Shown here piece by piece: positions 44,866-55,153 of a stretch of DNA of 64,000 nucleotides. Within the stretch, counting starts at the first letter, position 1; the number at the start of each line of letters is the position of its first letter. The notes under the pieces are model-generated. The model ran no database searches. It saw only the letters and a program-made list of their open reading frames with translations, and was not told where the DNA came from. Made by a program: the position numbers and the translations under genes. The stretch is from the NCBI RefSeq assembly GCF_025465545.1, contig NZ_JAODMK010000010.1, positions 45,813 through 109,812 of the forward strand. The letters run 5' to 3'. This DNA is from Naasia sp. (GTDB lineage: Bacteria; Actinomycetota; Actinomycetes; Actinomycetales; Microbacteriaceae).

Positions 44866-46065
44866 TCACGAGCCGCGCAGAACGGACTCGTAGACGGCCA
44901 GTGTGTCCGTCGCGATCCGGTCCCAGGCGAAGTGCTCCTCGGCGCGACGGCGTCCTGCCTCGCCGTAGCGCCGGGCCTTCTCGGGATCGGCGACGACCTC
45001 GGTGAGCACCGCAGCGAGGTCCGCCACGAAGCGGTCGGGGTCGACGGGAGTGCCGGTGCCGTCCTGCACCTGCTCGATCGGGACCAGCCTGCCCGTGACG
45101 CCGTCCTCGACGACCTCGGGGATGCCTCCGGTCGCCGTGCCGACGACTGCGGCGCCGCACGCCATCGCCTCCAGATTGACGATCCCCAGGGGCTCGTAGA
45201 CCGACGGGCAGACGAAGGTGGTGGCGGAGCCGAGCACGCAGCTCAGCTCCCGGCGGCTGAGCAGGCGGTCGAGCCACACGACGCCCGTGCGCTCCTGCTG
45301 GAGCACCCGCACCGCGTCGCTGACCTCGGCGAGGATCTCGGGCGTGTCAGGGGCGCCGGCGCAGAGCACCAGCTGCACGTCTGCGGGCAGGGCCCGGGCG
45401 GCGCGCAGCAGGTAGGGCAGGCCCTTCTGCCGGGTGATGCGGCCGACGAAGACCACCGACGGCCGGCTCGGGTCGATGCCGAGGCCGCGCAGCAGCTCGT
45501 CGTCCTCCACCGCCTGCCACTGCTCCAGATCGATGCCGTTGTAGACGACGGACACCTTCGCGGGGTCGAGCGCCGGATAGGACCGGAGGATGTCGCGGCG
45601 CATGCCTTCGCTGACTGCGATGACCGCGTCGGCGCTCTCGAACGCGTCCCGCTCCACCCAGCTGGAGAGGCGGTAGCCGCCGCCGAGCTGCTCGGCCTTC
45701 CAGGGGCGCAGCGGCTCCAGGCTGTGCGCGGTCACCACATGCGGGATCCCGTGCAGCAGGCTGGCGATGCGGCCCGCCGCGTTCGCGTACCAGGTGTGGG
45801 AGTGCACCAGGTCTGCGCCGGCCGCGTCCGCCGCGATCTGCAGGTCGACGCCGAGCGTCGCCAGCGCAGGATTCGCCTCGGCGAGCTGGGCCGGCACCAG
45901 GTAGGCGTAGGTGTCGGGTTCGTCCCGCGGCATGCCGAAGCACCGCACCACCACGTCGATGTCGCCGCGCAGCGCCCGGACCAGCTCGGCCACGTGGACG
46001 CCCGCTCCGCCGTAGACCTCCGGCGGATACTCCCTTGTCAGCAGATCTACTCGCACACGGCTCAC
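44866..46065 (-). CDS. glgA: glycogen synthase / alpha-maltose-1-phosphate synthase (GT4, GlgA/GlgM type)
   Basis: VDLLTREYPPEVYGGAGVHVAELV at the N-terminus. GTG start at 46065 or 46056. Divergent from glgC. Confidence 0.85.
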   Translation of the reverse strand: MSRVRVDLLTREYPPEVYGGAGVHVAELVRALRGDIDVVVRCFGMPRDEPDTYAYLVPAQLAEANPALATLGVDLQIAADAAGADLVHSHTWYANAAGRIASLLHGIPHVVTAHSLEPLRPWKAEQLGGGYRLSSWVERDAFESADAVIAVSEGMRRDILRSYPALDPAKVSVVYNGIDLEQWQAVEDDELLRGLGIDPSRPSVVFVGRITRQKGLPYLLRAARALPADVQLVLCAGAPDTPEILAEVSDAVRVLQQERTGVVWLDRLLSRRELSCVLGSATTFVCPSVYEPLGIVNLEAMACGAAVVGTATGGIPEVVEDGVTGRLVPIEQVQDGTGTPVDPDRFVADLAAVLTEVVADPEKARRYGEAGRRRAEEHFAWDRIATDTLAVYESVLRGS

Positions 46066-46153
46066 GGTAGTACGGGCGGGCCCCCTTAGGGGGACGGCTG
46101 ATGAGGGGGCACTTCCATACCGAAGCGGGGGCGTCGGCCGATAGGATGCCGAC

Positions 46154-47395
46154 ATGGCATCGAAGAAGATTTTCGGCATCGTTCTCGCGGGCGGTGAAGG
46201 GAAGCGCTTGATGCCCCTGACTGCAGATCGCGCCAAGCCTGCAGTGCCCTTCGGCGGCACCTACCGGCTCGTGGACTTCGCGCTCTCGAACCTCCTCAAC
46301 TCGGGTCTCACGCAGATCGTCGTGCTGACTCAGTACAAGTCGCACAGCCTCGACCGGCACATCGCCGAGACCTGGCGGCTGTCCGGTCTGCTCAACTCCT
46401 ACGTGGCGTCCGTTCCCGCGCAGCAGCGGCTGGGCAAGCGGTGGTACACCGGCTCCGCCGACGCGATCCTGCAGAGCCTCAACCTCATCAATGACGAGAA
46501 GCCCGACATCATCGTCGTGGTCGGAGCCGACCACGTGTATCGCATGGACTTCGAGCAGATGATCGACGCGCACGTCGAATCGGGCATGGGGGTCACGGTT
46601 GCGGCGATCCGCCAACCCCTGTCGCTCGCCGATCAGTTCGGTGTCATCCAGACGACTGCGCGGCGGCCGACGAAGATCAGCCGGTTCCTGGAGAAGCCCA
46701 AGAACGCGCGGGGTCTCGCCGACTCGCCCGACGAGGTGCTCGCCTCCATGGGCAACTACGTCTTCAACACCGACGCGCTGGTCGCCGCCGTGCACGCCGA
46801 TGCCGAGCTCGAGGGCTCGAGCCACGACATGGGCGGTGACCTGATCCCTGCCTTCGTCCGCAACGGCGATGCCGGCGTCTACGACCTCAACCGCAACGTG
46901 GTTCCCGGCGCCACCGACCGCGACCGCTTCTACTGGCGGGACGTGGGGACGATCGAGTCCTTCTTCGAGGCGCACCAGGACCTGATCTCGGCTCTGCCCG
47001 TGTTCAACCTCTACAACCAGGCCTGGCCGATCATCACGCAGCAGCTCAACTCACCGCCCGCCAAGCTCGTTCGCGACGCGCGCGGCAACACGGGCCTCAC
47101 CATCGACTCCATCGTCTCCCTCGGCTCGGTGATCTCCGGTGCGAGGGTGGAGCGGAGCGTCCTCGGCCCCTGGTCGACGATCGAGTCGGGCGCCGTGGTC
47201 ACCGACAGTGTGCTCTTCGACCGCGCACGGGTGCATCCGAACGCCGTCGTCGCCCGCTCGATCCTCGACAAGAACGTCGTGATCGAGGAGGGCGCCCGGG
47301 TGGGGGTCGACCCAGTGCGGGACCGAGAGCGCGGCTTCACGGTCACCGACAGCGGGATCACCGTGGTGGGCAAGGGCGAGCGGGTATCGCCATAG
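46154..47395 (+). CDS. glgC: glucose-1-phosphate adenylyltransferase
   Basis: [28 protein letters not shown], and the WYTGSADAI region. Confidence 0.93.
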   Translation: MASKKIFGIVLAGGEGKRLMPLTADRAKPAVPFGGTYRLVDFALSNLLNSGLTQIVVLTQYKSHSLDRHIAETWRLSGLLNSYVASVPAQQRLGKRWYTGSADAILQSLNLINDEKPDIIVVVGADHVYRMDFEQMIDAHVESGMGVTVAAIRQPLSLADQFGVIQTTARRPTKISRFLEKPKNARGLADSPDEVLASMGNYVFNTDALVAAVHADAELEGSSHDMGGDLIPAFVRNGDAGVYDLNRNVVPGATDRDRFYWRDVGTIESFFEAHQDLISALPVFNLYNQAWPIITQQLNSPPAKLVRDARGNTGLTIDSIVSLGSVISGARVERSVLGPWSTIESGAVVTDSVLFDRARVHPNAVVARSILDKNVVIEEGARVGVDPVRDRERGFTVTDSGITVVGKGERVSP

Positions 47396-47412
47396 CGCCC
47401 GCCCGGCACCTG

Positions 47413-48036
47413 GTGGTGCTCGACGTCGACTCGACGCTGATCGAGAACGAGGTCATCGAGCTCCTCGCCGATGCAGCGGGCAGCGGCGACGTGGTCGCCG
47501 ACATCACCTTCCGGGCGATGAACGGCGAGCTGGACTTCGAGCAGAGCCTGCGGGAGCGGGTGCGCACCCTCGCGGGCCTCTCCGTCTCGGTGTTCGCGGA
47601 GGTGCGGGCCGCCATCACGGTCACCACCGGGGTCCCGGAGATGATCGCCGCAGTGCATGCGGCGGGTGGCCGGGTCGGCACGGTGTCCGGCGGATTCCAC
47701 GAGGTCCTCGATCCCCTCGCCGAGCGTCTCGGTCTCGACTTCTGGCGGGCCAATCGACTGGAGGTCGAGGGCGGCCGGCTGACCGGCCGGGTGCAGGGCC
47801 CGGTCGTCGACGCGGCGGCGAAGGCCTCGGCGCTGCGAGAGTGGGCGGCCGAGTGCGGCCTCCCCCTCAGCCGGACGGTCGCGGTGGGCGACGGGGCGAA
47901 CGACCTGCCGATGATGGCCATCGCCGGCCTCTCGGTGGCTTTCGACGCGAAGGCCCCCGTGCGCGCCGTGGCCGACATCCTCCTCGACGTGCGTGACCTC
48001 TCGACCCTGCTCCCCCTCCTCGCCCTCCGCGGCTGA
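47413..48036 (+). CDS. serB: phosphoserine phosphatase (HAD, SerB type)
   Basis: DVDSTLI (motif I), VSGGF, GDGANDLPM. Confidence 0.8.
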   Translation: MVLDVDSTLIENEVIELLADAAGSGDVVADITFRAMNGELDFEQSLRERVRTLAGLSVSVFAEVRAAITVTTGVPEMIAAVHAAGGRVGTVSGGFHEVLDPLAERLGLDFWRANRLEVEGGRLTGRVQGPVVDAAAKASALREWAAECGLPLSRTVAVGDGANDLPMMAIAGLSVAFDAKAPVRAVADILLDVRDLSTLLPLLALRG

Positions 48037-48374
48037 CGATGGTTCCCGCTGGTGGGGAGCCGCGGAGCGGCGTCTCAGCCCGCCCGTTGAATCCACGTCG
48101 GAAGCACCGCTTCCCCTGAGGGGAGCACGGGTTCGGGTTCGCACCCCTCCCTCCGGGCGTGGGACCCGACCTGCCGGTTCCCCTCGCCCATCTCCGCCGG
48201 AGTCACCACCGACGGAAACACGCGAGCAGTTGGAAGGCCAAGCAGCTCGACAAGGCGGGGACCCTGGACTGGACCTCGGCCTCGCTTCGCGTCACGTCGG
48301 CACACCGTCCGGCACGCTGCTCCTGCACGGACGCTCGACGCCGTCCCCGCCGCTGCACCGAGTCGGAGGAGGAG

Positions 48375-49085
48375 TCAGTGCCCCATGCCTAATCCCCCAT
48401 CGACCGGGATCACGGCGCCGGAGATGTAGCCGGCATCGTCTGAGGCGATCCAGGCGACGACCTTGGCGACCTCGCCGGTGCTGGCGAAGCGGCCGGCCGG
48501 GATCGCCTTCTTGTATTCGGCCTGCTGCGCCTCGGGCAACGCCGCGGTCATCTCGGTCTCGATGAAGCCGGGCGCGACGACGTTCGCCGTGATGCCCCGT
48601 GCGCCGAGTTCGCGGGTGAGCGAGCGGGCCATGCCGACGAGTGCGGCCTTCGAGGAGGAGTAGTTGACCTGGCCGGCGCCGCCATAGAGCCCGACGACGC
48701 TCGAGATGAGGACGACCCGTCCGAAGCGGCCCTTGAGCATGCCCTTGGACGCCCGCTTGACGACCCGGAATGCGCCGGTGAGGTTGGTGTCGAGCACATC
48801 GGTGAAGTCCGCTTCGCTCATCCGCAGCACGAGGGTGTCCCGGGTGATGCCGGCGTTCGCGACGACGACCTCGACGGGTCCGAGCTCCGCTTCGACGGCG
48901 GTGTACGCGGCATCCACGCTGGCGCTGTCCGTGACGTCGGCCGCCACGGTGAGCGCGCCGTCGGGTCCGCCGGTGCCGGAGCGTGAGGTGACGGCGACCC
49001 TGTGCCCTTGGCGCACGAACTCCTCGGCGATGGCGTAGCCGATCCCCCGGTTTCCTCCGGTGATCAGCACGGTCCTCTGGGTCAC
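48375..49085 (-). CDS. fabG: 3-oxoacyl-ACP reductase (SDR)
   Basis: TGGNRGIG, NAG, and the YSSSKAA catalytic motif. Confidence 0.88.
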   Translation of the reverse strand: MTQRTVLITGGNRGIGYAIAEEFVRQGHRVAVTSRSGTGGPDGALTVAADVTDSASVDAAYTAVEAELGPVEVVVANAGITRDTLVLRMSEADFTDVLDTNLTGAFRVVKRASKGMLKGRFGRVVLISSVVGLYGGAGQVNYSSSKAALVGMARSLTRELGARGITANVVAPGFIETEMTAALPEAQQAEYKKAIPAGRFASTGEVAKVVAWIASDDAGYISGAVIPVDGGLGMGH

Positions 49086-49170
49086 GGCGCTCCTTCGCTC
49101 GGGGTGAACCGGACCAGCCTAGGACCGCACAGCGCTCAGTCGGAGGACCGGCGTAGGCTGAGGCCACCTG

Positions 49171-49518
49171 ATGAGCAAGAGCACCTCGACGCAATCGATC
49201 ACCACTCTGCCGGCCTCTCCCACCGACGAGCGTCGCTCCCGCATGATCAAGTACTCGGTCGCGATGGGCATCCGCACCCTCTGCGTCATCGCGCTCATCT
49301 TCGTGCAGGGCTGGTGGGTCGTCGTCATGGTGGTGGCCGCGCTGGTGCTGCCCTATGTCGCGGTCGTCGTCGCGAACGTGGGCGCGAGGCCCGCGGCAGT
49401 GCCGCAGGTGACACGTCCCGGCGCGATCGTGCCCGTCATCCTCCCCCCGGCCGACGCGGGCACGTCGAGCGCTCCCGCCGCCTCCCCAGCGGGGCACCGG
49501 CCCCCGCAGGACTCGTGA
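49171..49518 (+). CDS. DUF3099 membrane protein
   Basis: Two TM helices. RMIKYSVAMGIRTLCVI...PYVAVVVAN pattern. Confidence 0.75.
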   Translation: MSKSTSTQSITTLPASPTDERRSRMIKYSVAMGIRTLCVIALIFVQGWWVVVMVVAALVLPYVAVVVANVGARPAAVPQVTRPGAIVPVILPPADAGTSSAPAASPAGHRPPQDS

Positions 49519-49733
49519 GCGAGGCTCCTCCGCAGCTGACGTGCTCACGTGCGGGCTGCCGGAACGCCGCGGTGTGCGCCCTGGAATGGCGCAACCCCCG
49601 CATCCACTCCGAGGACCGGCGCAAGGTGTGGCTGGCCTGCGGCGAGCACCGGGAATATCTGCACGACTATCTCGCCGCCCGGGAGTTCCCGGTGCGGATG
49701 GTCGAGGACCCGACCGCTGCGGAGGTGCGCTGA
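49515..49733 (+). CDS. small Cys/His-containing hypothetical protein (72 aa)
   Basis: GTGA overlap with the DUF3099 stop. CSRAGC...CGEH pattern. TGATG overlap with the SURF1 start implies translational coupling. Confidence 0.55.
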   Translation: MSEAPPQLTCSRAGCRNAAVCALEWRNPRIHSEDRRKVWLACGEHREYLHDYLAAREFPVRMVEDPTAAEVR

Positions 49734-50569
49734 TGAGCGGATGGCGCTTCGTCCTGTCCGCCCGATGGGCGCGCTATCTGCTGCTCGCCGTGATCTTCGC
49801 CCTCGCGTGCGCCGGTCTGGCCTCCTGGCAGCTGGCACGCCGAGACGAGAAGGTGCAGGAGATCCGCTACATCCAGCAGAACTACGACTCCCCGCCGACT
49901 CCCCTGGCGGAACTGCTGCCCGAGCGGGACGACTACTCCCGAGCCGACGAATGGCGCCCCGTGGTGCTGACCGGCTCCTACCAGGGCGAGGATCAGCTGC
50001 TCGTCCGCAACCGCCCGAAGGACGGCGACGGCGGGTTCGAGGTGCTCGTGCCGTTTCGGACCGATCAGGGCGCGGTGTTCCTCATCGACCGCGGCTGGAT
50101 CCCCCTCGCCTCGGATGGGTCGTCGCCCTCGGAGGCGCCTCCCCCGCCGCCTGGCGAGGTGACCGTGGTGGCCCGCCTCAAGGGCGGCGAGCCGAGCCTG
50201 CCGGGAGGCACGACGGCCAGCGGGATCCTTGCCTCCATCCAGCTCTCCGAGGTGGAGCGGCTCCTGGACGAGCCGATCTACTCCGCCGCATACGGCCTCC
50301 TCGACTCGGAGGATCCGGCGCCGCCCGAACGACCCGCGGCGGCGGTGCGTCCCGAGCTCGACGAGGGGCCGCATCTCTCCTATGCGCTCCAGTGGGTCAT
50401 CTTCGCCCTGATCGGCTTCGGCGGGCTGGCGTTCGCCATCCGGCAGGAGTACCGCTACCGCAACGCGGACGAGCCAGAGGAGCAGGAGCGTGCCGCCCGC
50501 CGGGCCCAGCGCCGTGCCGCCAAGCCCACTGATGACGACGTGGAGGACGCCCTGCTCGACCGGCGCTGA
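49733..50569 (+). CDS. SURF1 family cytochrome oxidase assembly protein
   Basis: N- and C-terminal TM helices. WQLARRDEK and FLIDRGWIP motifs. Confidence 0.8.
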   Translation: MSGWRFVLSARWARYLLLAVIFALACAGLASWQLARRDEKVQEIRYIQQNYDSPPTPLAELLPERDDYSRADEWRPVVLTGSYQGEDQLLVRNRPKDGDGGFEVLVPFRTDQGAVFLIDRGWIPLASDGSSPSEAPPPPPGEVTVVARLKGGEPSLPGGTTASGILASIQLSEVERLLDEPIYSAAYGLLDSEDPAPPERPAAAVRPELDEGPHLSYALQWVIFALIGFGGLAFAIRQEYRYRNADEPEEQERAARRAQRRAAKPTDDDVEDALLDRR

Positions 50570-50633
50570 GCCGACGGAGCAGAGCCGACGACGGGACGGG
50601 GGCACGTAGGACGGAGCCGCTAGAGTTCGGCGA

Positions 50634-52049
50634 ATGGCCAGCACCGTGTTCGAGCGTCTCCCTCCGCCACCCGCAGCAGTGGATGCCAGCCTGTCAGGCA
50701 CCCGCCGGGGCGTCTTCTGGCTGGAGGATGCCCCAGCCACCCGCTATCCCGCGCTGACGGCAGGGATCCCCGCCGACCTCGCCGTGGTCGGGGGCGGCTA
50801 CCTGGGGCTGTGGACGGCGCTCCGCGCGAAACAGCGCCGTCCCGACGCCACCGTGGTGCTCCTCGAGGCGAAGACGATCGGCTGGGCGGCGTCCGGCAGG
50901 AACGGCGGGTTCGTCGAGGCCAGCCTCACCCACGGCCATGAGAACGGAGCGTCCCGCTTCCCGAATGAGATGGACACTCTCACACGGCTGGGCCGGGAGA
51001 ACCTCGACCGGATGGAGGCGACCGTCGCGGAGCTGGGGCTCGACTGCGAGTTCGAGCGCAACGGCAGCCTCGCGGTCGCCACCGAGCCGCACCAGGTGAA
51101 GTGGCTGAGCGAGGCGTCCGGCACCGGCGAGGGCGATTTCCTGGACGAGGCTGCCGTGCGCTCGCTCGTCGACTCGCCCACCTACCTGGGCGCCCTGCGC
51201 AGCGCCAGGACGTCCGCGCTGGTGCATCCGGGGAAGCTCGCCGCCGAACTTGCCAGGGCCGCCGCGGCCGCAGGGGTGCAGATCTTCGAGCACACCAAGG
51301 TGTCCGCGCTGAACCGCACGGCCGAAGGCGTGGAGCTCAGCACCTACTTCGGCACCGTCAGGGCCGACCAGGTCGCGCTGGCGACCAACGTCTTCCCCTC
51401 GCTCCTCGCCCGGAACCGGCTGATGACCGTGCCGGTGTACGACTACGTCCTGATGACGGAGCCCCTCACGGCGGAACAGCTGGCCTCGATCGGCTGGTCG
51501 GGCAGGGAAGGCATCGGCGACGCCGCGAACCAGTTCCACTACTACCGGCTCACGGCCGAGAACCGCATCCTCTGGGGCGGCTACGACGCGATCTACCACC
51601 GGGGCGGGCGCGTCCGTCCCGCCTACGAGGACCGACCGGAGACCTTCCGCCGCCTGGCGAGCCACTTCCTCACCACCTTCCCGCAGCTCGAGGGGATCCG
51701 GTTCAGCCACCGCTGGGCGGGCGCCATCGACACGTGCACCCGGTTCTGCGCCTTCTACGGCACCGCCGGCCGCGGACGGATCGCCTACGCGTCCGGCTTC
51801 ACCGGGCTGGGCGTGGCCGCGACCCACTTCTCGGCCGACGTGGTGCTCGACCTGCTCAGCGGGCAGTCCACGGAGCTGACGGAGCTGGAGCTGGTCCGCA
51901 GCCGGCCGCTGCCGTTCCCGCCGGAGCCCGCGGCGTCGATCGGCATCCAGGCGACCCGCTGGTCCCTGGACCGGGCCGACCACTCGGACGGCCGGCGGAA
52001 CCTGCTGCTGCGCACCCTCGACGCCGTCGGCCTCGGCTTCGACTCCTGA
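50634..52049 (+). CDS. FAD-dependent oxidoreductase (DAO family, gamma-glutamylputrescine-oxidase-like)
   Basis: VVGGGYLGLWTA dinucleotide fold. Lies beside the polyamine transporter genes. Confidence 0.85.
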   Translation: MASTVFERLPPPPAAVDASLSGTRRGVFWLEDAPATRYPALTAGIPADLAVVGGGYLGLWTALRAKQRRPDATVVLLEAKTIGWAASGRNGGFVEASLTHGHENGASRFPNEMDTLTRLGRENLDRMEATVAELGLDCEFERNGSLAVATEPHQVKWLSEASGTGEGDFLDEAAVRSLVDSPTYLGALRSARTSALVHPGKLAAELARAAAAAGVQIFEHTKVSALNRTAEGVELSTYFGTVRADQVALATNVFPSLLARNRLMTVPVYDYVLMTEPLTAEQLASIGWSGREGIGDAANQFHYYRLTAENRILWGGYDAIYHRGGRVRPAYEDRPETFRRLASHFLTTFPQLEGIRFSHRWAGAIDTCTRFCAFYGTAGRGRIAYASGFTGLGVAATHFSADVVLDLLSGQSTELTELELVRSRPLPFPPEPAASIGIQATRWSLDRADHSDGRRNLLLRTLDAVGLGFDS

Positions 52050-52062
52050 CGGTCACCCGCGT

Positions 52063-52105
52063 GCTCGTCCTGCCGGCCGCGAGAGGCGGTGCCGGCAGGA
52101 CGAGC
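52063..52105. terminator. bidirectional perfect 15-bp hairpin
   Basis: GCTCGTCCTGCCGGC (52063-77) pairs with GCCGGCAGGACGAGC (52091-105). Confidence 0.7.
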
Positions 52106-52110
52106 GAACG

Positions 52111-53058
52111 TCAGTTGCCGCCGACTCCGCCGCCGCCGCCGGCGAGCGTCGCCGCGAGTCCCGCCCCATCGCCCGTGACCTTCCGGGCCCGGAAGAGCAC
52201 GAGGGCGACGAGCGCGAGCGCGACCAGGGTGAGCAGCAGCATCAGGGTGGACATCGCCGCGATGGATGGGCGCAGCGTGGAGCGCACGGACGCGAACACG
52301 TAGACGGGCCACGGCGTCGCGTCGGCCGTGGACACGAAGCTCGACAGCACCGTGTTGTCGAGGCTCAGCGTGAAGGCCAGCAGTGTGCCGGAGATGACTG
52401 CAGGGCGCATCAGCGGGAAGGTGATGTCGAGGAAGCGCCGCACCGGCGGTGCGCCGAGGTCCGCTGCCGCCTCCTCCAGAGACTGGCTGAGGCCCGCCAT
52501 CCGGGCGCGCACGATGAACGTCACGACAGCGCAGGAGAACAGCGAATTCGCGATGATCAGGCGGACGAGACCACTGTTCACCGGCGTCAGCCCCAGGTCG
52601 GTGCCCAGGGTCACGAACCACGGCAGCAGGGAAACGCCGTTGACGATCTCCGGGGTCACCAGCACGAGGCCGAGCAGTGCGGTCATCCAGCCGATCCACG
52701 CCTTCCCCGCGCGACGGGCCATCGCGACACCGGCAAGGGAGCCGAGCACCGCCGACACCAGCGCCGAGAACACCGCGACGTAGAGCGAGACCGTGACCGC
52801 GTCCGTGATGGCCGAGTTGCTGAGCGCGTCGACGTAGGCGTTGAACCCGAACCCCTGGTACGACTGCAGCAGTCGGCCCGTGTTCGTCGAGTACGCGACG
52901 ATGACGAGCACCGGGAAGAAGAGGAACAGGAAGCCGAGGACGCCCCAGACGGCGAGCAGCGCGTTGGCCGGATCGATCCGCCGGCGCCGACCGAGCGGCT
53001 TCCGCTCGGCTCCCGGCACGGGGAGCGCGTCGGACACGACTTCTGCGACTGCGGTCAT
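52111..53058 (-). CDS. potC: polyamine ABC transporter permease (PotC-like)
   Basis: Six-TM permease. ATGA overlap with the upstream permease gene. Confidence 0.85.
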   Translation of the reverse strand: MTAVAEVVSDALPVPGAERKPLGRRRRIDPANALLAVWGVLGFLFLFFPVLVIVAYSTNTGRLLQSYQGFGFNAYVDALSNSAITDAVTVSLYVAVFSALVSAVLGSLAGVAMARRAGKAWIGWMTALLGLVLVTPEIVNGVSLLPWFVTLGTDLGLTPVNSGLVRLIIANSLFSCAVVTFIVRARMAGLSQSLEEAAADLGAPPVRRFLDITFPLMRPAVISGTLLAFTLSLDNTVLSSFVSTADATPWPVYVFASVRSTLRPSIAAMSTLMLLLTLVALALVALVLFRARKVTGDGAGLAATLAGGGGGVGGN

Positions 53059-53990
53059 GCGGAGACCCCCGGAGCGTCCTCGATAACGGCGACGTGCTCG
53101 AACCGGCTGACGATCAGCCCGACGATCTTGAACAGCACCCCGAAGAGCACCACGACGGCGAGGATCGCGAGCATCAGGATGATGGCCATCGCGGAGCCGA
53201 GCGCCCAGTTCTGGGCGATCGTGAACTGCTGAGCGACCTGTTGCCCGATCATGCTTCCTGCCGCGCCGCCGAGGACGGCGGGAGTGACATAGTCGCCCAT
53301 CAGGGGCACGAACACCAGCAGCAGCCCTGCGCCGATGCCGGGGACCGCGAGCGGCACCGTGATCCGGCGGAAGCCCGCGAAGGCATTGCCGCCGAGGTCA
53401 CGACTCGCCTCCAGCAGCCGCGGGTCCATCCGCTCGAGTGCGACGTAGAGCGGCAGGATCATCAGCGGCAGATAGTTGTAGACCACCCCGAGCTGCACCG
53501 CTCCCGCCGTGTAGAGGAGGTCGGGCGTCCCCCAGCCCAGACTGCGGGAGATGTCGGCCACGAACGAGCTCGGGCTGAGCGTGATCTGCCAGCCGAGGGT
53601 GCGCACGAGGAAGTTGGTCCAGTAGGGCACCAGCACGAGGCCGAGCGCGATCCCCTGGTACCTGGAGGGCAGCTTGACGGCCATCCAGTACGCCATCGGG
53701 AACGCGATCAGCAGGCACAGCACGGTGCCGAGAAGCGAGATCTGCAGCGTCCGGCCGAAGGTGGACAGGAACGCGGGCGTGACCGCGTCGGCATAGCGCT
53801 GCAGCGTGAACACGTCGTTGCCGTGGGTCTCGTAGAGGCTCGGCTTCTCGCCGAAGCTGTACCAGACGATCAGGAGGAACGGCGCGACGAAGAAGAACAG
53901 CAGCCACACACCGATGGGCGCTGCGAGCATGCCGGCGTTCCAGCGCCACCTGCGGGCACCGGAACGCCGGGGGGCGGGGAGGGCCGTCAC
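53055..53990 (-). CDS. potB: polyamine ABC transporter permease (PotB-like)
   Basis: GTG start at 53990 overlaps the SBP gene stop. EASRDLGGN EAA-loop motif. Confidence 0.85.
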   Translation of the reverse strand: MTALPAPRRSGARRWRWNAGMLAAPIGVWLLFFFVAPFLLIVWYSFGEKPSLYETHGNDVFTLQRYADAVTPAFLSTFGRTLQISLLGTVLCLLIAFPMAYWMAVKLPSRYQGIALGLVLVPYWTNFLVRTLGWQITLSPSSFVADISRSLGWGTPDLLYTAGAVQLGVVYNYLPLMILPLYVALERMDPRLLEASRDLGGNAFAGFRRITVPLAVPGIGAGLLLVFVPLMGDYVTPAVLGGAAGSMIGQQVAQQFTIAQNWALGSAMAIILMLAILAVVVLFGVLFKIVGLIVSRFEHVAVIEDAPGVSA

Positions 53991-55129
53991 TACCCCGCCG
54001 CTGCCGTGAGCTCGTTGAAGATCGCGACGCGCTTCTCCTGCGACTCGGGGACGATGTCGAAGACGAGCTTCTCCGTCTCCTGCGGCGTGTAGAAGATCAG
54101 CTCGGGGAGCTCGACGTTGCCGGCCGCCTCCTCGATGCCTCTGACACAGGTGTTGTAGCCGATGTACTCGAGCTCGCGGAGCGAGATCTCGGGGTCGAGC
54201 ACGTAGTTGATGAAGTCGTGCGCGGCGTCGATGTTCTTCGAGCCGACCGGGATGCACCAGTTGTCGACGAACTGGCCGGCGCCTTCGCTGGGCTTGACCC
54301 ACTTGTAGCGCTCCGGGTCGGGGTTGCTCAGCATCCCCTGGCGGGCGTCACCGTTCCACGAGTGCGCGAGCACCCGTCCGTTCTGCGCGATGGTCGCGCT
54401 CACGTAGGACTCGAAGGCCTGGACGTTGGGAGCGATGTTCTTGACGAGGAAGTCGCGAGCGGCGTTCAGCTTGGTCTCGTCGTTCGTGTTGATGTCCTCG
54501 CCGATGGAGAAGAAGTACGCCCAGAGGATCTCGTTGGGGTCGCCGAGCATGGAGGTCGCGCCGGCGGCCTCCTTCTGAGCCGCGTCGAAGAAGTCGGCCC
54601 ACGAGGTGAGCTCACGCTTGATCACGGTGCTGTCGTAGAGGTAGCCGGAGACGCCGACGGCCTTCGGGACGCTGTAGTCGTTGCCCTTGTCGAGATCCGT
54701 GTCGAGGTAGGCCGGGTCGACGTTCTTGATGTTGGGCAGCTTCGACTTGTCGAGCTTCTCCAGCAGCTTCAGCTGGACCATCTGCGGGATGAAGCCGATC
54801 GTCGGCACCACGATGTCGTAGCCGCTCGTCCCCTTCGACGAGTTGAGCTTGGCGATGAGCTCCTCATTGGAGTCGTAGCTGCCGAGCTTGACGGTCGGTC
54901 CGCCGGTGTCCTTCGTGAACGACTTGAGCACGTCGGGGTCGTCGTACTCGCCCCAGGTGTAGAGGTTGAGGGTGCCGCCGCCGCCACTTCCGCCGCCGGT
55001 TCCCGGTGCGCAGGCGGCGAGGGCGAGGGAGGCGCCTGCGCCGACCATTCCGCCGAGGAAGAGGCGCCGGGACACCTCCTTCTTCATGAAGCTGGGGACG
55101 AGGACCGTGAGGTCGGATCGCTCAGGCAT
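53990..55129 (-). CDS. potD: polyamine ABC transporter substrate-binding protein (PotD/PotF-like)
   Basis: Tat/lipoprotein-like RRLFLGG..LAACA. The start may instead be ATG 55087. Confidence 0.85.
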   Translation of the reverse strand: MPERSDLTVLVPSFMKKEVSRRLFLGGMVGAGASLALAACAPGTGGGSGGGGTLNLYTWGEYDDPDVLKSFTKDTGGPTVKLGSYDSNEELIAKLNSSKGTSGYDIVVPTIGFIPQMVQLKLLEKLDKSKLPNIKNVDPAYLDTDLDKGNDYSVPKAVGVSGYLYDSTVIKRELTSWADFFDAAQKEAAGATSMLGDPNEILWAYFFSIGEDINTNDETKLNAARDFLVKNIAPNVQAFESYVSATIAQNGRVLAHSWNGDARQGMLSNPDPERYKWVKPSEGAGQFVDNWCIPVGSKNIDAAHDFINYVLDPEISLRELEYIGYNTCVRGIEEAAGNVELPELIFYTPQETEKLVFDIVPESQEKRVAIFNELTAAAG

Positions 55130-55153
55130 TCGGGGACTCCTTGGCTGTGAGGG

